Below are positions 44,351-54,249 of a stretch of DNA of 64,000 nucleotides, one piece after another. The notes below the pieces were generated by a model. It saw only the letters and a list, made by a program, of their open reading frames with translations, did no database searches and was not told where the DNA came from. Where the stretch lies: positions 178,501 through 242,500 of the forward strand of contig NZ_JAQTOD010000002.1 of assembly GCF_028713515.1 (NCBI RefSeq), read 5' to 3'. Numbering within the stretch: position 1 is the stretch's first letter; each line of letters opens with the position of its first letter. The translations under genes and the position numbers were made by a program. The DNA comes from Sulfurimonas sp. (GTDB lineage Bacteria > Campylobacterota > Campylobacteria > Campylobacterales > Sulfurimonadaceae).

Positions 44351-44659
44351 ATGAAATTTCTATCACTACTGTTAATTGGAGTTACACTATCATTTGGAGC
44401 TGTTGACATCAACAAGGCAGACAAAAAAGAGCTTATGAGTATCAAAGGTATAGGCGATGCAAAAGCCGAAGCTATTATAGATTATAGAAAAAAGAGTGGC
44501 TGTTTTGGTAGCGTTGAAGATATTAAAAATGTAAAAGGTCTTGGGGATAAGTTTGTTGAGAGCAATAAAGCAAACTTAACGGCTAGTGGGTGCAAGAAAA
44601 ATACAAAAGGTCTCGGTGATAAGCCTATGGACAACAACAAAACAAATCCTAAAAAATAG
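44351..44659 (+). CDS. comEA: ComEA-like helix-hairpin-helix DNA-binding protein
   Basis: Signal/anchor sequence, INKADKKELMSIKGIGDAKAEAII and VKGLGDKFV HhH motifs. Confidence 0.75.
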   Translation: MKFLSLLLIGVTLSFGAVDINKADKKELMSIKGIGDAKAEAIIDYRKKSGCFGSVEDIKNVKGLGDKFVESNKANLTASGCKKNTKGLGDKPMDNNKTNPKK

Positions 44660-44706
44660 CCATCTTTAATCTGTTTTTCATAAACATAAAAGCAAAAGGT
44701 TAGGGA

Positions 44707-45786
44707 TTAATTTCCTAATCTTAGCTTTTCTGCTCTTTTTCTCTCTAGTAGCATTCTGTCTCGGAACTGTTTACTTTTATCTTTTGCAAAAGCTTGCATA
44801 TCTTCTACTTCATCCATCTCATCAACTATTTCAACACCCAAAAGTGTCTCAATTGCATCCTCTAAAGTAACAACACCACTTGTCTGCCCATAGCCGTCCT
44901 GAACTATAAATAGGTGTGTTTTTCTCTTTATAAAAAGGTCAATTAGCGCCGATACAGATACTGTTTCAGGTATTTTATGAACAGGCAACATAATTTCTGA
45001 GAGTTTTTTATACTCTCTCTCTTCAACGCTCTCTTCAAGTATCGATTGGTTAAATACCATACCAACTATATCATCAATTGAGTCACTATATATAGGTATT
45101 CTTGAGTGTACATACATCGTATCATCTTCTATAGCTTCACCAATTGTTGTGTTAGCATTTAGCGCAAAAACAACGCTTCTGGGAGTCATAATATCTTCGG
45201 CTTTTATTTTTTTAAGCCTTAAAAGATTGGCTATCAACATGCTCTCTCTAGCCAAGATTGAGCCCTCTTTTTCTCCCATAGCAACAACAGCCATTATCTC
45301 ATCTCTTGAGAAATTTGTATGTTTTGCTTTTCCTTTTGATATATAGTTTGTAATAAGTCCAGAAAACCACACCAAAGGATATGTTACCTTTACAAGAAAC
45401 GAGATTAAATAAGCTGATGGAACAAGCAGTCTTTTCCAGTAAATAGCGCCAATTGTTTTAGGGATAATTTCTGAAAGATATAAAATTATAAGAGTTAACC
45501 CAAAAGCAATTGCTGTTTGCCACTCTTGCCCAAACAGAACCTGAGCCTGAGCACCAACACCGGCAGCACCCATAGTGTGAGCAAATGTGTTTAGTGTCAA
45601 AATAGAAGAGATTGGCTTGTCTATGTTTGATTTCAGCTCTTTTAACATACGAATAGCTTCTTCATTGCCATCTTTTGGCAATGTTTCTATGTAGTGGTTA
45701 GTGCTTGATAGTAAAACGGCTTCTAAAACAGAGCAGACGAAAGAGACAAAAAGAGCGATAAATAGATAAAGAAGGAGGAGTGTCAT
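44707..45786 (-). CDS. CNNM/DUF21 + CBS-pair membrane protein (CorB/hemolysin-like), without CorC_HlyC domain
   Basis: Four N-terminal TM segments with LSEIIPKTIG, then a CBS pair (IMTPR...). 359 aa. Confidence 0.85.
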   Translation of the reverse strand: MTLLLLYLFIALFVSFVCSVLEAVLLSSTNHYIETLPKDGNEEAIRMLKELKSNIDKPISSILTLNTFAHTMGAAGVGAQAQVLFGQEWQTAIAFGLTLIILYLSEIIPKTIGAIYWKRLLVPSAYLISFLVKVTYPLVWFSGLITNYISKGKAKHTNFSRDEIMAVVAMGEKEGSILARESMLIANLLRLKKIKAEDIMTPRSVVFALNANTTIGEAIEDDTMYVHSRIPIYSDSIDDIVGMVFNQSILEESVEEREYKKLSEIMLPVHKIPETVSVSALIDLFIKRKTHLFIVQDGYGQTSGVVTLEDAIETLLGVEIVDEMDEVEDMQAFAKDKSKQFRDRMLLERKRAEKLRLGN

Positions 45787-45925
45787 ATAGTTTTACACCC
45801 AAGATTGACAAAAGATAAATAGCACCTACTGTCTGAATCGTTTGAATTCATATTTAATAATCCTTTTAAAAGTTTAATGGCATTTTACCATAATAATATC
45901 AAGCTAAACCTAACCAAATTAACTA

Positions 45926-47752
45926 TCAAGAATGGCTAAGTTCTTTAACCTTTATTGCTAGTTGCAATGGTAAAAGTCCAAGTGACTCTTCCACTTTTTT
46001 AGTGTTTCCATGAGTAATAAAGCTATCTGTATATTCAAAACTCACAACATCAACAGTTTTGATTTTTTCATCTGAAAGAAACTCCAAAATAGCGCTTGCT
46101 ACTCCACCCATCTTTGCGCTATCAGAAAAAACGAACCATTTTTTATGTTTTTTTGCCATATCTCTTAGCATCTGAACATCTAACGGTTTTACAAATCTTA
46201 AATCCAATATGCTCACATCAAAATCCAGAAGTTCCGCTGTTTCATAAGCACGCCCCACTCCGTTTCCATAACCAACAAACAAAATATCACTCTCATTTGA
46301 GCGAAGTAGTTGTGACTTTGCTAACTCAAAAGGAAGCGACTCTGGCAACGATGTATCAGTAAAAGAGCCTCTTGGATAGCGGAGAGAACATGGTGTTTGA
46401 AACTCTGAAGCAAAGAGCATTGCCTGATGGAAGCTAAGCTCGTCTCTTGGAGCAAAAAGTGTCATATTTGGGATAGCCCGCAAGAAGCTTATATCAAAAG
46501 CGCCCTGATGTGTCTCGCCATCCTCGCCAACAATCCCAGCTCTATCAAGAGCGAAAACGACTGGCAGATTCATTAAACAAGTATCATGAATAACCTGATC
46601 ATACCCTCGTTGTAAAAATGTTGAGTATATTGTACAAAATGGTTTAAAACCCTCTTTTGCTAAAGCTGACATTGAAGTAACGGCGTGTTGCTCTGCGATT
46701 GCCACATCCCAGAATCTTGTAGGATATGCTTCGATAAGCTCACTTAGCCCAGTTCCACTCGGCATAGCTGCTGTTGCTCCAACTATTTTATTATTATTTT
46801 TAACTAGCTCCATAAGTGCTTCTGTATAAATTTGTGTAGCACTTTTGCCTGAGCTTTTTTTTGAAGAATTACCACTATCTAAATCAAATGGACCAACTCC
46901 ATGCCACTTCTCATCTTTACCCTCAGCTATCTCATAACCCTTGCCTTTAAGAGTTTGCACATGGACAAGTACAGGTTTCTTTAAGGCTTTAGCTTTTTCT
47001 AGGATTTCAACAAGATAGGTGAGATTATGTCCATCAATTGGACCAATGTAGTTAATCCCCATCTCCTCAAACATAATGCCAGGAGTAATCATCTTAAGAC
47101 TCTCCTCCATCCTTTTTGCTATATAGTGGGCTCCCTCTCCAAAATTATCTACAAAATTCTCGGTATGCCTTTTAAAACTTTGATAAAAGGGAGATGCCAT
47201 AGCCGAGCTAAGCATTCGGCTAATAGCTCCTATTGGTTTTGATATACTCATCTCATTGTCATTAAGTATTATTACCATTGGATATTTTCTATCACCGAGT
47301 TCATTAAGTGCTTCATAAACCATACCGGCAGTCATAGAACCATCGCCTATAAGCACAACTGGCACTCTGGAGTTTTGTTCATTTTTCAACGCTATGGCTT
47401 TTGCTGCACCAACACCCAAAGATATGGAAGTCGAGCTATGCCCTGCCACAAAATAGTCATCTTCACTTTCACTTGGCTTAGTGTATCCACATAAACCGTT
47501 AAATTGACGAAGAGTATCAAACTTCTCCCATCTGCCAGTTAAAAGCTTATGAGCGTAAGATTGGTGCGAAACATCAAAAATAAATGGATCTTTTTTTGAA
47601 TCAAAAACTTCATGCATAGCTACTATTATCTCTGTAGCGCCCAAAGTTGAACTTAGATGTCCACCATTTTTGCTCACAACCCTTAAAATTTCTTCTCTTA
47701 TATCTGCACAAAGAGCTTCTAGCTCTTTAATATTTCTTAATTTACTGTTCAT
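45926..47752 (-). CDS. dxs: 1-deoxy-D-xylulose-5-phosphate synthase
   Basis: GGHLSSTLG, GDGSMTAGM ThDP motif, AEQHAV; 608 aa. Confidence 0.96.
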   Translation of the reverse strand: MNSKLRNIKELEALCADIREEILRVVSKNGGHLSSTLGATEIIVAMHEVFDSKKDPFIFDVSHQSYAHKLLTGRWEKFDTLRQFNGLCGYTKPSESEDDYFVAGHSSTSISLGVGAAKAIALKNEQNSRVPVVLIGDGSMTAGMVYEALNELGDRKYPMVIILNDNEMSISKPIGAISRMLSSAMASPFYQSFKRHTENFVDNFGEGAHYIAKRMEESLKMITPGIMFEEMGINYIGPIDGHNLTYLVEILEKAKALKKPVLVHVQTLKGKGYEIAEGKDEKWHGVGPFDLDSGNSSKKSSGKSATQIYTEALMELVKNNNKIVGATAAMPSGTGLSELIEAYPTRFWDVAIAEQHAVTSMSALAKEGFKPFCTIYSTFLQRGYDQVIHDTCLMNLPVVFALDRAGIVGEDGETHQGAFDISFLRAIPNMTLFAPRDELSFHQAMLFASEFQTPCSLRYPRGSFTDTSLPESLPFELAKSQLLRSNESDILFVGYGNGVGRAYETAELLDFDVSILDLRFVKPLDVQMLRDMAKKHKKWFVFSDSAKMGGVASAILEFLSDEKIKTVDVVSFEYTDSFITHGNTKKVEESLGLLPLQLAIKVKELSHS

Positions 47753-47760
47753 ATATTTAG

Positions 47761-48537
47761 TTACTCACTTAGAGCGGCTTTTTTTATTCGCTCAAATCTT
47801 TTTGAAATCTGTGCATCTATATTGCCGGCATCGCTTATAGCAATTACACCGCCCTCGCTCACTGCGCTATCTGAAATAAGTTTTACATTTTCCATCAAGC
47901 CAACACTTTGGGATATTGCTCCGTGATCTTTTGGATTTACTTTTAGAGTTATTTTTGAAGCATTTTGTAGCTCTTTGATTAGCTCACCAGAGAGATGAGA
48001 TGCGATTTTAGTTGAATTTTCACTAAGCTCAATGCCTACAACCTCTTTTGATATATCCAAAGCAGCATTTATTAGCTCTTTTTTTATCTCTTCTAGTGCG
48101 GTTTGAAACTCTTTGGCACTTTTTTCAAGCGTAGAAACAGATGAGGAAAATTGAGCCATGCCACCTGCAAGATTTGTTTCCGCCTCTTTTGCTGCCTTTG
48201 CTACTCCTGCTTCTAAACCCTCAGCATATGACTCATTTTTAATTCTTGCAATCTCTACTTTATGCTCTTCACCCATCATCTCTAATTTCATCTGAAGTTT
48301 GATAAAGTTTGATGACATCTCATCAGTTTTTTGCAACAATGACTCTATCAGCGAATCTTTGGAACTTTGGCTGATTGAATTAGAATCAACACCGCTAGGT
48401 CTGTCTTGTTCTACCTCGTTATCAACTGGCTGGATTTCATCGTATTGTTCTTCCTTGGAGTCAAAAGATATTATTTTAAAATTATATTTGCTAACGCTAT
48501 GCGATAAGGCTTGATTGCTACTTATAATACTAGACAA
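47761..48537 (-). CDS. fliH: flagellar assembly protein FliH
   Basis: Coiled-coil middle region plus C-terminal FliH-like domain. Position is fliF-fliG-fliH-dxs, as in C. jejuni and H. pylori. Confidence 0.75.
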   Translation of the reverse strand: MSSIISSNQALSHSVSKYNFKIISFDSKEEQYDEIQPVDNEVEQDRPSGVDSNSISQSSKDSLIESLLQKTDEMSSNFIKLQMKLEMMGEEHKVEIARIKNESYAEGLEAGVAKAAKEAETNLAGGMAQFSSSVSTLEKSAKEFQTALEEIKKELINAALDISKEVVGIELSENSTKIASHLSGELIKELQNASKITLKVNPKDHGAISQSVGLMENVKLISDSAVSEGGVIAISDAGNIDAQISKRFERIKKAALSE

Positions 48538-48538
48538 A

Positions 48539-49567
48539 TTACTCCACCATCTCTTCTGATGAGGTTCCTAGTTGAATTGTTCCAGCCTCAGCAAGACCGT
48601 TGACAACCTCAACAATTCTTCTTTGTGCGCTCTCCACCTCTTTCATTTTTACAGATCCCATAAACTGCATCTCTTCATTAAATGCTTCTCTAGCTCTCTC
48701 ACTCATAGCAGCCATAAATTTCTCTTTAAGCTCATCTGGTGCACTTTTTAAACTTAGCATCAAGTCAGGTTTTTCTATATTTTTCATAATTTCTGAGATT
48801 GCATTTTTATCAAGTTTTGATATATCTTCAAAAGTAAACATCATCTCTTTAATAAGATTAGATAACTCTTCATCTCTCTCTTCAATTTTCGCCAATGTCT
48901 CTTTAGATGCTTTGGCACCGAGACGATTAAAGATATCTGCAACAGATCTCGGTCCACCAACTTCAACTTTATATGATGCAAGAGATTCGAGTTTAGATTC
49001 AAGAACAGCCGAGACTCTCTTGATTACAGATGGAGAAATATCACCTAATCTTGCCATTCTCATGGCAACTTCACTTCTTAAATCATCCGGAAAATATTGA
49101 AGTGTATCAGCAGCCTCAGTTGCGTTCATGTGAGCCAAGATAAGTGCTATTGTTTGTGGATGCTCATTAATAATAAAGTCTGAGAGTTGCTGAGGTTTTA
49201 TTTTTGAAAGATATGCAAAATTTTGAGATTCTTGCATACTTTTTGCTAATTTTTCTAAAACTTTTTTAGCCTCTTCTGGTCCAAGAGTTCTATATAGAAG
49301 TTCTCTTGCATACTCAAGACCACCAGATGTTATAAACTGACCAGATTGCAATATTGCATGAAACTCTTCAAGAATTGCAGTAGCAATGGCTTTTTCAACG
49401 GTTCTGTTGCCAGCTATATGCTTTGAGACTTCAGTTATTGAATCAATATTCATAGACGAAAAAAGAGCTGCTGTTGTATCTTCACCTAGCTGCATAAGTA
49501 AAATAGCGGCTTTTTCGCCCATACTCATCTCATCAAAAAGTGCCTGTTGCGTTTGATTTAATGCCAT
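48539..49567 (-). CDS. fliG: flagellar motor switch protein FliG
   Basis: EKAAILLM, MFTFEDI, and charged C-terminal helix motifs; 342 aa. Confidence 0.95.
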   Translation of the reverse strand: MALNQTQQALFDEMSMGEKAAILLMQLGEDTTAALFSSMNIDSITEVSKHIAGNRTVEKAIATAILEEFHAILQSGQFITSGGLEYARELLYRTLGPEEAKKVLEKLAKSMQESQNFAYLSKIKPQQLSDFIINEHPQTIALILAHMNATEAADTLQYFPDDLRSEVAMRMARLGDISPSVIKRVSAVLESKLESLASYKVEVGGPRSVADIFNRLGAKASKETLAKIEERDEELSNLIKEMMFTFEDISKLDKNAISEIMKNIEKPDLMLSLKSAPDELKEKFMAAMSERAREAFNEEMQFMGSVKMKEVESAQRRIVEVVNGLAEAGTIQLGTSSEEMVE

Positions 49568-49580
49568 TTTATCTCTCCCA

Positions 49581-51269
49581 TTATCTTTCTACTTCTTCAG
49601 TAACTAAAGCTTGAAGAACAAGAGCTACGGCCTCTGGTGTCTCTTCTATCATTGATTTTATCTTCTCAAGAAGAACATCATGCTTGAGTGAATCCTCATT
49701 AAATCCTTCTCCAACTCCAAGCTGATCTTCCACTTTTTTACGCATAGATTGAACTTTTTCTATCAGATCTTCACCTTGATCATTATCAATATTTAGATAA
49801 GGTTTTGAGACATCCTCTTCCTCTTTTGAAATCTCAAGCATTCTTTGAGCAAACGGACTGATAACTTTTTTATAGACAATAAGCAATAGCAGCAGAACAA
49901 ACAGATACTTAAATACTTCACTAAACGGCGCTAAATATGTTTGAGAGAATGAGATAGCTTTACTTACACCGTCTCCGCCAATTACACCACTCTGCTTAAA
50001 CTGTAGATTTTTTACACTTATCTCATCCCCTCTAGCTGGGTCCACTCCAATAGAGCGACTCACAAGCAGAGTTAAAGATTGTAAATCGGCTTCAGATAGT
50101 GACTCATACTCCAGCTCTTCTGTTGGTTTACCACTTTTATCCAATTTATTTTTATATCTTCCATCAACTACAACGGCGGCAGTTACTCTTTTTATTGTTG
50201 CAAATTGTGATTTTGTAGTTGATACAGTTTTTCCAACCTCATAGTTTGTTGTTCCCGAATTTTTCTCATACTTTTCAGCTTTTTGATCACTCTTTAGTCC
50301 CTCTACTGGACCGATATTACTAACCGTTCCAGGGACGCCACCAACTTCTGGAGGCGTTGCACCCTCTCTCTTCTCTTCATTTACCTGCTCACTTCTTACA
50401 ACATTTTCAGGGTCATATTTCTCTGAAGTAGAATTTACAATTGAAAAATCATAATCAATTGTAACTTGAGCCACAACTTTGTGTTCTCCTCCGACAAAGG
50501 GAGAGACAACCTCAATGATTTTTTTCTGCTTTTTTTTCTCTTCTATTGTCTTGAATTTCTGCTGAGTTGATGAGAGTTCGCTCATTTGAGCCATCTCATC
50601 CTCATCTCCAAGAGTTTCCCCTTCTCCATCAATAAGCGCAACATTTGCTTGGGTTAAGTTAGGCACCGCTGCTGCTATTAGATTTTTTATCCCTCTTATC
50701 TGTTTAGGCGTAAGCTTTTCGCCCTCTACAATTTTAATCATAACAGAGGCTGTTGGTTCTATTTTTTTCTCGACAAAAAGTGTCTCTTTTGGCAGCGCTA
50801 AACTAACTGTTGATGCTTCAATTGGGGCAAGTGAGTTGATTGTTCTCGAGAGTTCACCCTCTAGGGCGCGGATATATTTAACATTTTGATCAAAAGAGGT
50901 TGAGCCAAATTCCTGCTTATCAAAAAGCTCAAAACCAACACCAGTTTTCTTTGGAATTCCAAGAGCTGTTATTGCTAATCTCTCTCTATAAACAACCGTT
51001 TTTGGAACCTTTATAACATTTTTATCAAGCAACTGATAAGGAGTATTGCTTTTTTCTAGTTGTTCTACAACTTTAGCTGAATCCTCTGAATCAAGAGAGT
51101 CAAAAAGCACAACATAACCATCGGTAGAATCTTTTTTAGCAGTATAAACAACCAAAAATAGTAAAAATGCGACTATTCCTATGACTGCAACAGATATGAT
51201 TGTTTTTTGTTGCTTTGTCAGCTTAGTATATAGAGCAACCAACTGTGAAAAAAGTGCTTTAAAGTCCAT
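49581..51269 (-). CDS. fliF: flagellar M-ring protein FliF
   Basis: N-terminal TM, LFDSLD..D...V...L, periplasmic ring domains, second TM. 562 aa. Confidence 0.93.
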   Translation of the reverse strand: MDFKALFSQLVALYTKLTKQQKTIISVAVIGIVAFLLFLVVYTAKKDSTDGYVVLFDSLDSEDSAKVVEQLEKSNTPYQLLDKNVIKVPKTVVYRERLAITALGIPKKTGVGFELFDKQEFGSTSFDQNVKYIRALEGELSRTINSLAPIEASTVSLALPKETLFVEKKIEPTASVMIKIVEGEKLTPKQIRGIKNLIAAAVPNLTQANVALIDGEGETLGDEDEMAQMSELSSTQQKFKTIEEKKKQKKIIEVVSPFVGGEHKVVAQVTIDYDFSIVNSTSEKYDPENVVRSEQVNEEKREGATPPEVGGVPGTVSNIGPVEGLKSDQKAEKYEKNSGTTNYEVGKTVSTTKSQFATIKRVTAAVVVDGRYKNKLDKSGKPTEELEYESLSEADLQSLTLLVSRSIGVDPARGDEISVKNLQFKQSGVIGGDGVSKAISFSQTYLAPFSEVFKYLFVLLLLLIVYKKVISPFAQRMLEISKEEEDVSKPYLNIDNDQGEDLIEKVQSMRKKVEDQLGVGEGFNEDSLKHDVLLEKIKSMIEETPEAVALVLQALVTEEVER

Positions 51270-51286
51270 TAGTTTCCCATTTTAGA

Positions 51287-52381
51287 TTATAGAAGTGGTG
51301 TTATTAGTTCAAAAAAACGACTATTTTGCTCATCGGTTCCTATCGTAACTCTGATCGAGTTCATCCCATAACTACTTAGATTTCTAACAATCATCCCTTG
51401 CTTTAGAAGCGAATTTGATATCTCTGTCGAATTTTGACTCGCATTTAGAGATAAAGTTACAAAATTTGTATAGCTATTAATTATATCTATATTTTTCTTT
51501 TTTGCAAACTCTTCGTAGCGTTTCATCTGCTCTAAATTTAGCGTTACACTCTTTTTAACAAACTCCTCATCCTCAAGTGCAACTGACGCTGCTTCTAGGG
51601 AGAGCGTAGTTATATTAAATGGCGGTCTTAGTTTGTATAATTCTTTTATGATTTTAGCATCAGCGATACCATAACCGACCCTCATACCGCCAAGTCCGTA
51701 TGCTTTTGAAAATGTGCCGAGATATATTACATTATCAAACTGCTCAATCAAATCTTTTATCACTATCTCTTTTGATTTATCTTTAGCAATTGCGTACTCC
51801 ATATAAGCACTATCAACCACAACCAAAGTATCGCTGTCTATTTTTTTTATAAAATTCAGTACATCGGTCGCATCTGCACAATCACCAGTCGGATTGTTTG
51901 GCGTACATAAAAATATAATCTCAGGTTTCTCTTTTTTATATATCTCAAAAAATTGCTCTAAATCATGCTCTTGTGAAGTAGTTCTTATAACCTCTGCGCC
52001 TACATGCTTTGCGTATATCTCATACATTGCAAAAGTTATGCTGTTCATCAAAATCTTAGAGTTTGAATTTGCTTTTGCATGAATCAGAAACTCTATAACT
52101 TGGTCACTTCCTGAACCAATTATAATATTTTCATTTTTTACATCAAATTTTTTGCTTAGCGCATCTTTTAGTTTAATCATAGAGTCATCTGGATAAAGGG
52201 ACATTTTCCCAATTATAGCTCTTACAGCATCTTGAACTTTTGGCGAACAGCCATAAGGATTCTCATTTGATGCAAGTTTTACAATATCTTTTGGCTCAAT
52301 TCCAAACTCTCTAACGACTAGTTCTATTGGTTTACCTGCTTCATATGTTGTTATATTTTCTAATTTTTTATTAAATTTCAT
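51287..52381 (-). CDS. hisC: histidinol-phosphate aminotransferase
   Basis: [30 protein letters not shown]. Confidence 0.9.
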   Translation of the reverse strand: MKFNKKLENITTYEAGKPIELVVREFGIEPKDIVKLASNENPYGCSPKVQDAVRAIIGKMSLYPDDSMIKLKDALSKKFDVKNENIIIGSGSDQVIEFLIHAKANSNSKILMNSITFAMYEIYAKHVGAEVIRTTSQEHDLEQFFEIYKKEKPEIIFLCTPNNPTGDCADATDVLNFIKKIDSDTLVVVDSAYMEYAIAKDKSKEIVIKDLIEQFDNVIYLGTFSKAYGLGGMRVGYGIADAKIIKELYKLRPPFNITTLSLEAASVALEDEEFVKKSVTLNLEQMKRYEEFAKKKNIDIINSYTNFVTLSLNASQNSTEISNSLLKQGMIVRNLSSYGMNSIRVTIGTDEQNSRFFELITPLL

Positions 52382-53462
52382 CGTCTTCTCCTTTTGCGTA
52401 ACTTCCTAGCCAAGTCACTTCCTCTTTATATTTTGATATTATGCTTTGAATTTCTACATCGTCAATGTGCCCATAAAAATCTATATAAAACCAGTGTCCA
52501 AATCCACTCTCATCTTTTGAAGGTCTTGACTCTATTTTCGAGAGATTTATATTTTTTTCATCAAAATCCCGTAAGAAGTGCACCAATGAACCAGCTTTTA
52601 GTGTATCTTTTAGTTTTACCAATATTGAAGTCTTATCACTTCCGCTGATACCGTTTTTAAAATCACTAAGTATCACAAATCTAGTCTCGCTTCCTATATC
52701 GTCTTCAACAAAGTCAAACATTGTTGGAACACCATAAAGTTTCGCCGCAATATGACTGCATAGAGCAGCGGCACTCTCATCTGCAGCCGCTAAGATTGCC
52801 GCTTTTGCTGTTGATTCTACTGGAATTTGCTCTACATTTTCAAAGCCGTGCTCTTGCAAAAACTCCCTGCACTGTCCAAAACCTTTATCTTTTGAGTATA
52901 TTTTCTTAATATTTTCAAGTTTTTTTGCCTTTGTGGCGAATGATACATGAATAGGCATATAAAGCTCGGCAATAATTTTTACAGAACTCTTTGCAAGCAG
53001 ATCGAGTGTTTCCCCAACGATTCCATCTCTTGAGTTTTCAATAGGAACAACACCAAATTTAGCTCTTTTTGCCTCAAGCGTCTTAAATACAGAAGCGATG
53101 GAACCCAAAGAGAGATAATCACTCATAGCACCAAAACGGCTCTCCGCTGCTTGATGAGTAAAACTTCCCTCAGGTCCGAGATAGGCTATTTTCTCTGGAA
53201 GTTCTAGATTTCTTGAAACTGCAAAAACTTCTAAAAATATTGCTTCTATTGCATTTTTGTTTAGCAAGCCATTCTGCTCTACGCTTTTTTGTGTTAAGCG
53301 CTCAATAATTGATTTCTCTCTCTCTGGCCTATAGATAGTTCCGCCACTATCTTTTTTAATCTCTCCAACTCTCTCAACAACTCTCATTCTGCTATTTAGA
53401 AGGGTTAGTATCTCATCATCAATTGCATCAATTGCACCTCTGCACTCGTCTAAAGTTTTCAT
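52371..53462 (-). CDS. pheA: bifunctional chorismate mutase / prephenate dehydratase
   Basis: CM domain (R..ID.ID..I..LL..R), PDT domain ([14 protein letters not shown]), ACT domain with ESRP motif. Confidence 0.92.
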   Translation of the reverse strand: MKTLDECRGAIDAIDDEILTLLNSRMRVVERVGEIKKDSGGTIYRPEREKSIIERLTQKSVEQNGLLNKNAIEAIFLEVFAVSRNLELPEKIAYLGPEGSFTHQAAESRFGAMSDYLSLGSIASVFKTLEAKRAKFGVVPIENSRDGIVGETLDLLAKSSVKIIAELYMPIHVSFATKAKKLENIKKIYSKDKGFGQCREFLQEHGFENVEQIPVESTAKAAILAAADESAAALCSHIAAKLYGVPTMFDFVEDDIGSETRFVILSDFKNGISGSDKTSILVKLKDTLKAGSLVHFLRDFDEKNINLSKIESRPSKDESGFGHWFYIDFYGHIDDVEIQSIISKYKEEVTWLGSYAKGEDDEI

Positions 53463-54235
53463 CTGCTCTCCAAAATCTCTTGCATATCTGCATAAATAAA
53501 ATCAGGTCTTAGTTCAGGTTTTAAAAATGGAATTATCTCTTCTTCGCTCTTATATTTTCCACTTGTTACAAATATAGTCTTCATTCCCATCTCTTTCGCT
53601 CCGCCTAAATCGCCCTTCACATCATCACTTATTATCGTGATATCGCTAAATTTTGCAGTGGGATTTTGAAGCTGAAGCATCTTTAGTCCCTCTTCATAAA
53701 AGGCTTTGCTTGGCTTACCAACAACACTATACGCCGTCGATGTAGCAAACTCAAGCATCTTCAAAATTGCGCCAACACCAGGGTATCGCTTTGAGTTTTT
53801 AGCATATATAGATGTTTCGTGCATTCCAACCAAAGATGCTCCGCTGAGTAAAAAATCTATCATTTGAGCAAACTCTTCATTTGTAAAATTCTCTTTTATG
53901 GAAATAAGAACTGTTTTTGGATTTTTATAATCAAACACAAAGCCCATGTTGATGAGATTTTTTAAAAACTCATCCCCACCATAAGCTGCAACTGCGTCTT
54001 TGCTCACATGAGATTCCAAAAGCATAAGAGGATCAAGATATGATGAGAAGTTAAAATTAAAACCAATAGATTTTAAATAGAGATAAAAATCGTTTGAGCT
54101 TTTTTTAGTGTTGTTCGTAATAATCATATATGGAATATTTTTTTTATTTAGTGCATCAACAAACTCTATACTCCCACGAATTGGGCTTTTGTCTATATCA
54201 CTAATCAGAGTACCTTGAACATCTAAAAAATACAA
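53459..54235 (-). CDS. HAD-superfamily (subfamily IIA-like) hydrolase
   Basis: FLDVQGTL motif I, ITNN motif II, SDDVKGDLGGA motif IV-like. Confidence 0.8.
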   Translation of the reverse strand: MYFLDVQGTLISDIDKSPIRGSIEFVDALNKKNIPYMIITNNTKKSSNDFYLYLKSIGFNFNFSSYLDPLMLLESHVSKDAVAAYGGDEFLKNLINMGFVFDYKNPKTVLISIKENFTNEEFAQMIDFLLSGASLVGMHETSIYAKNSKRYPGVGAILKMLEFATSTAYSVVGKPSKAFYEEGLKMLQLQNPTAKFSDITIISDDVKGDLGGAKEMGMKTIFVTSGKYKSEEEIIPFLKPELRPDFIYADMQEILESR

Positions 54236-54249
54236 CTCAATATCTCCAA

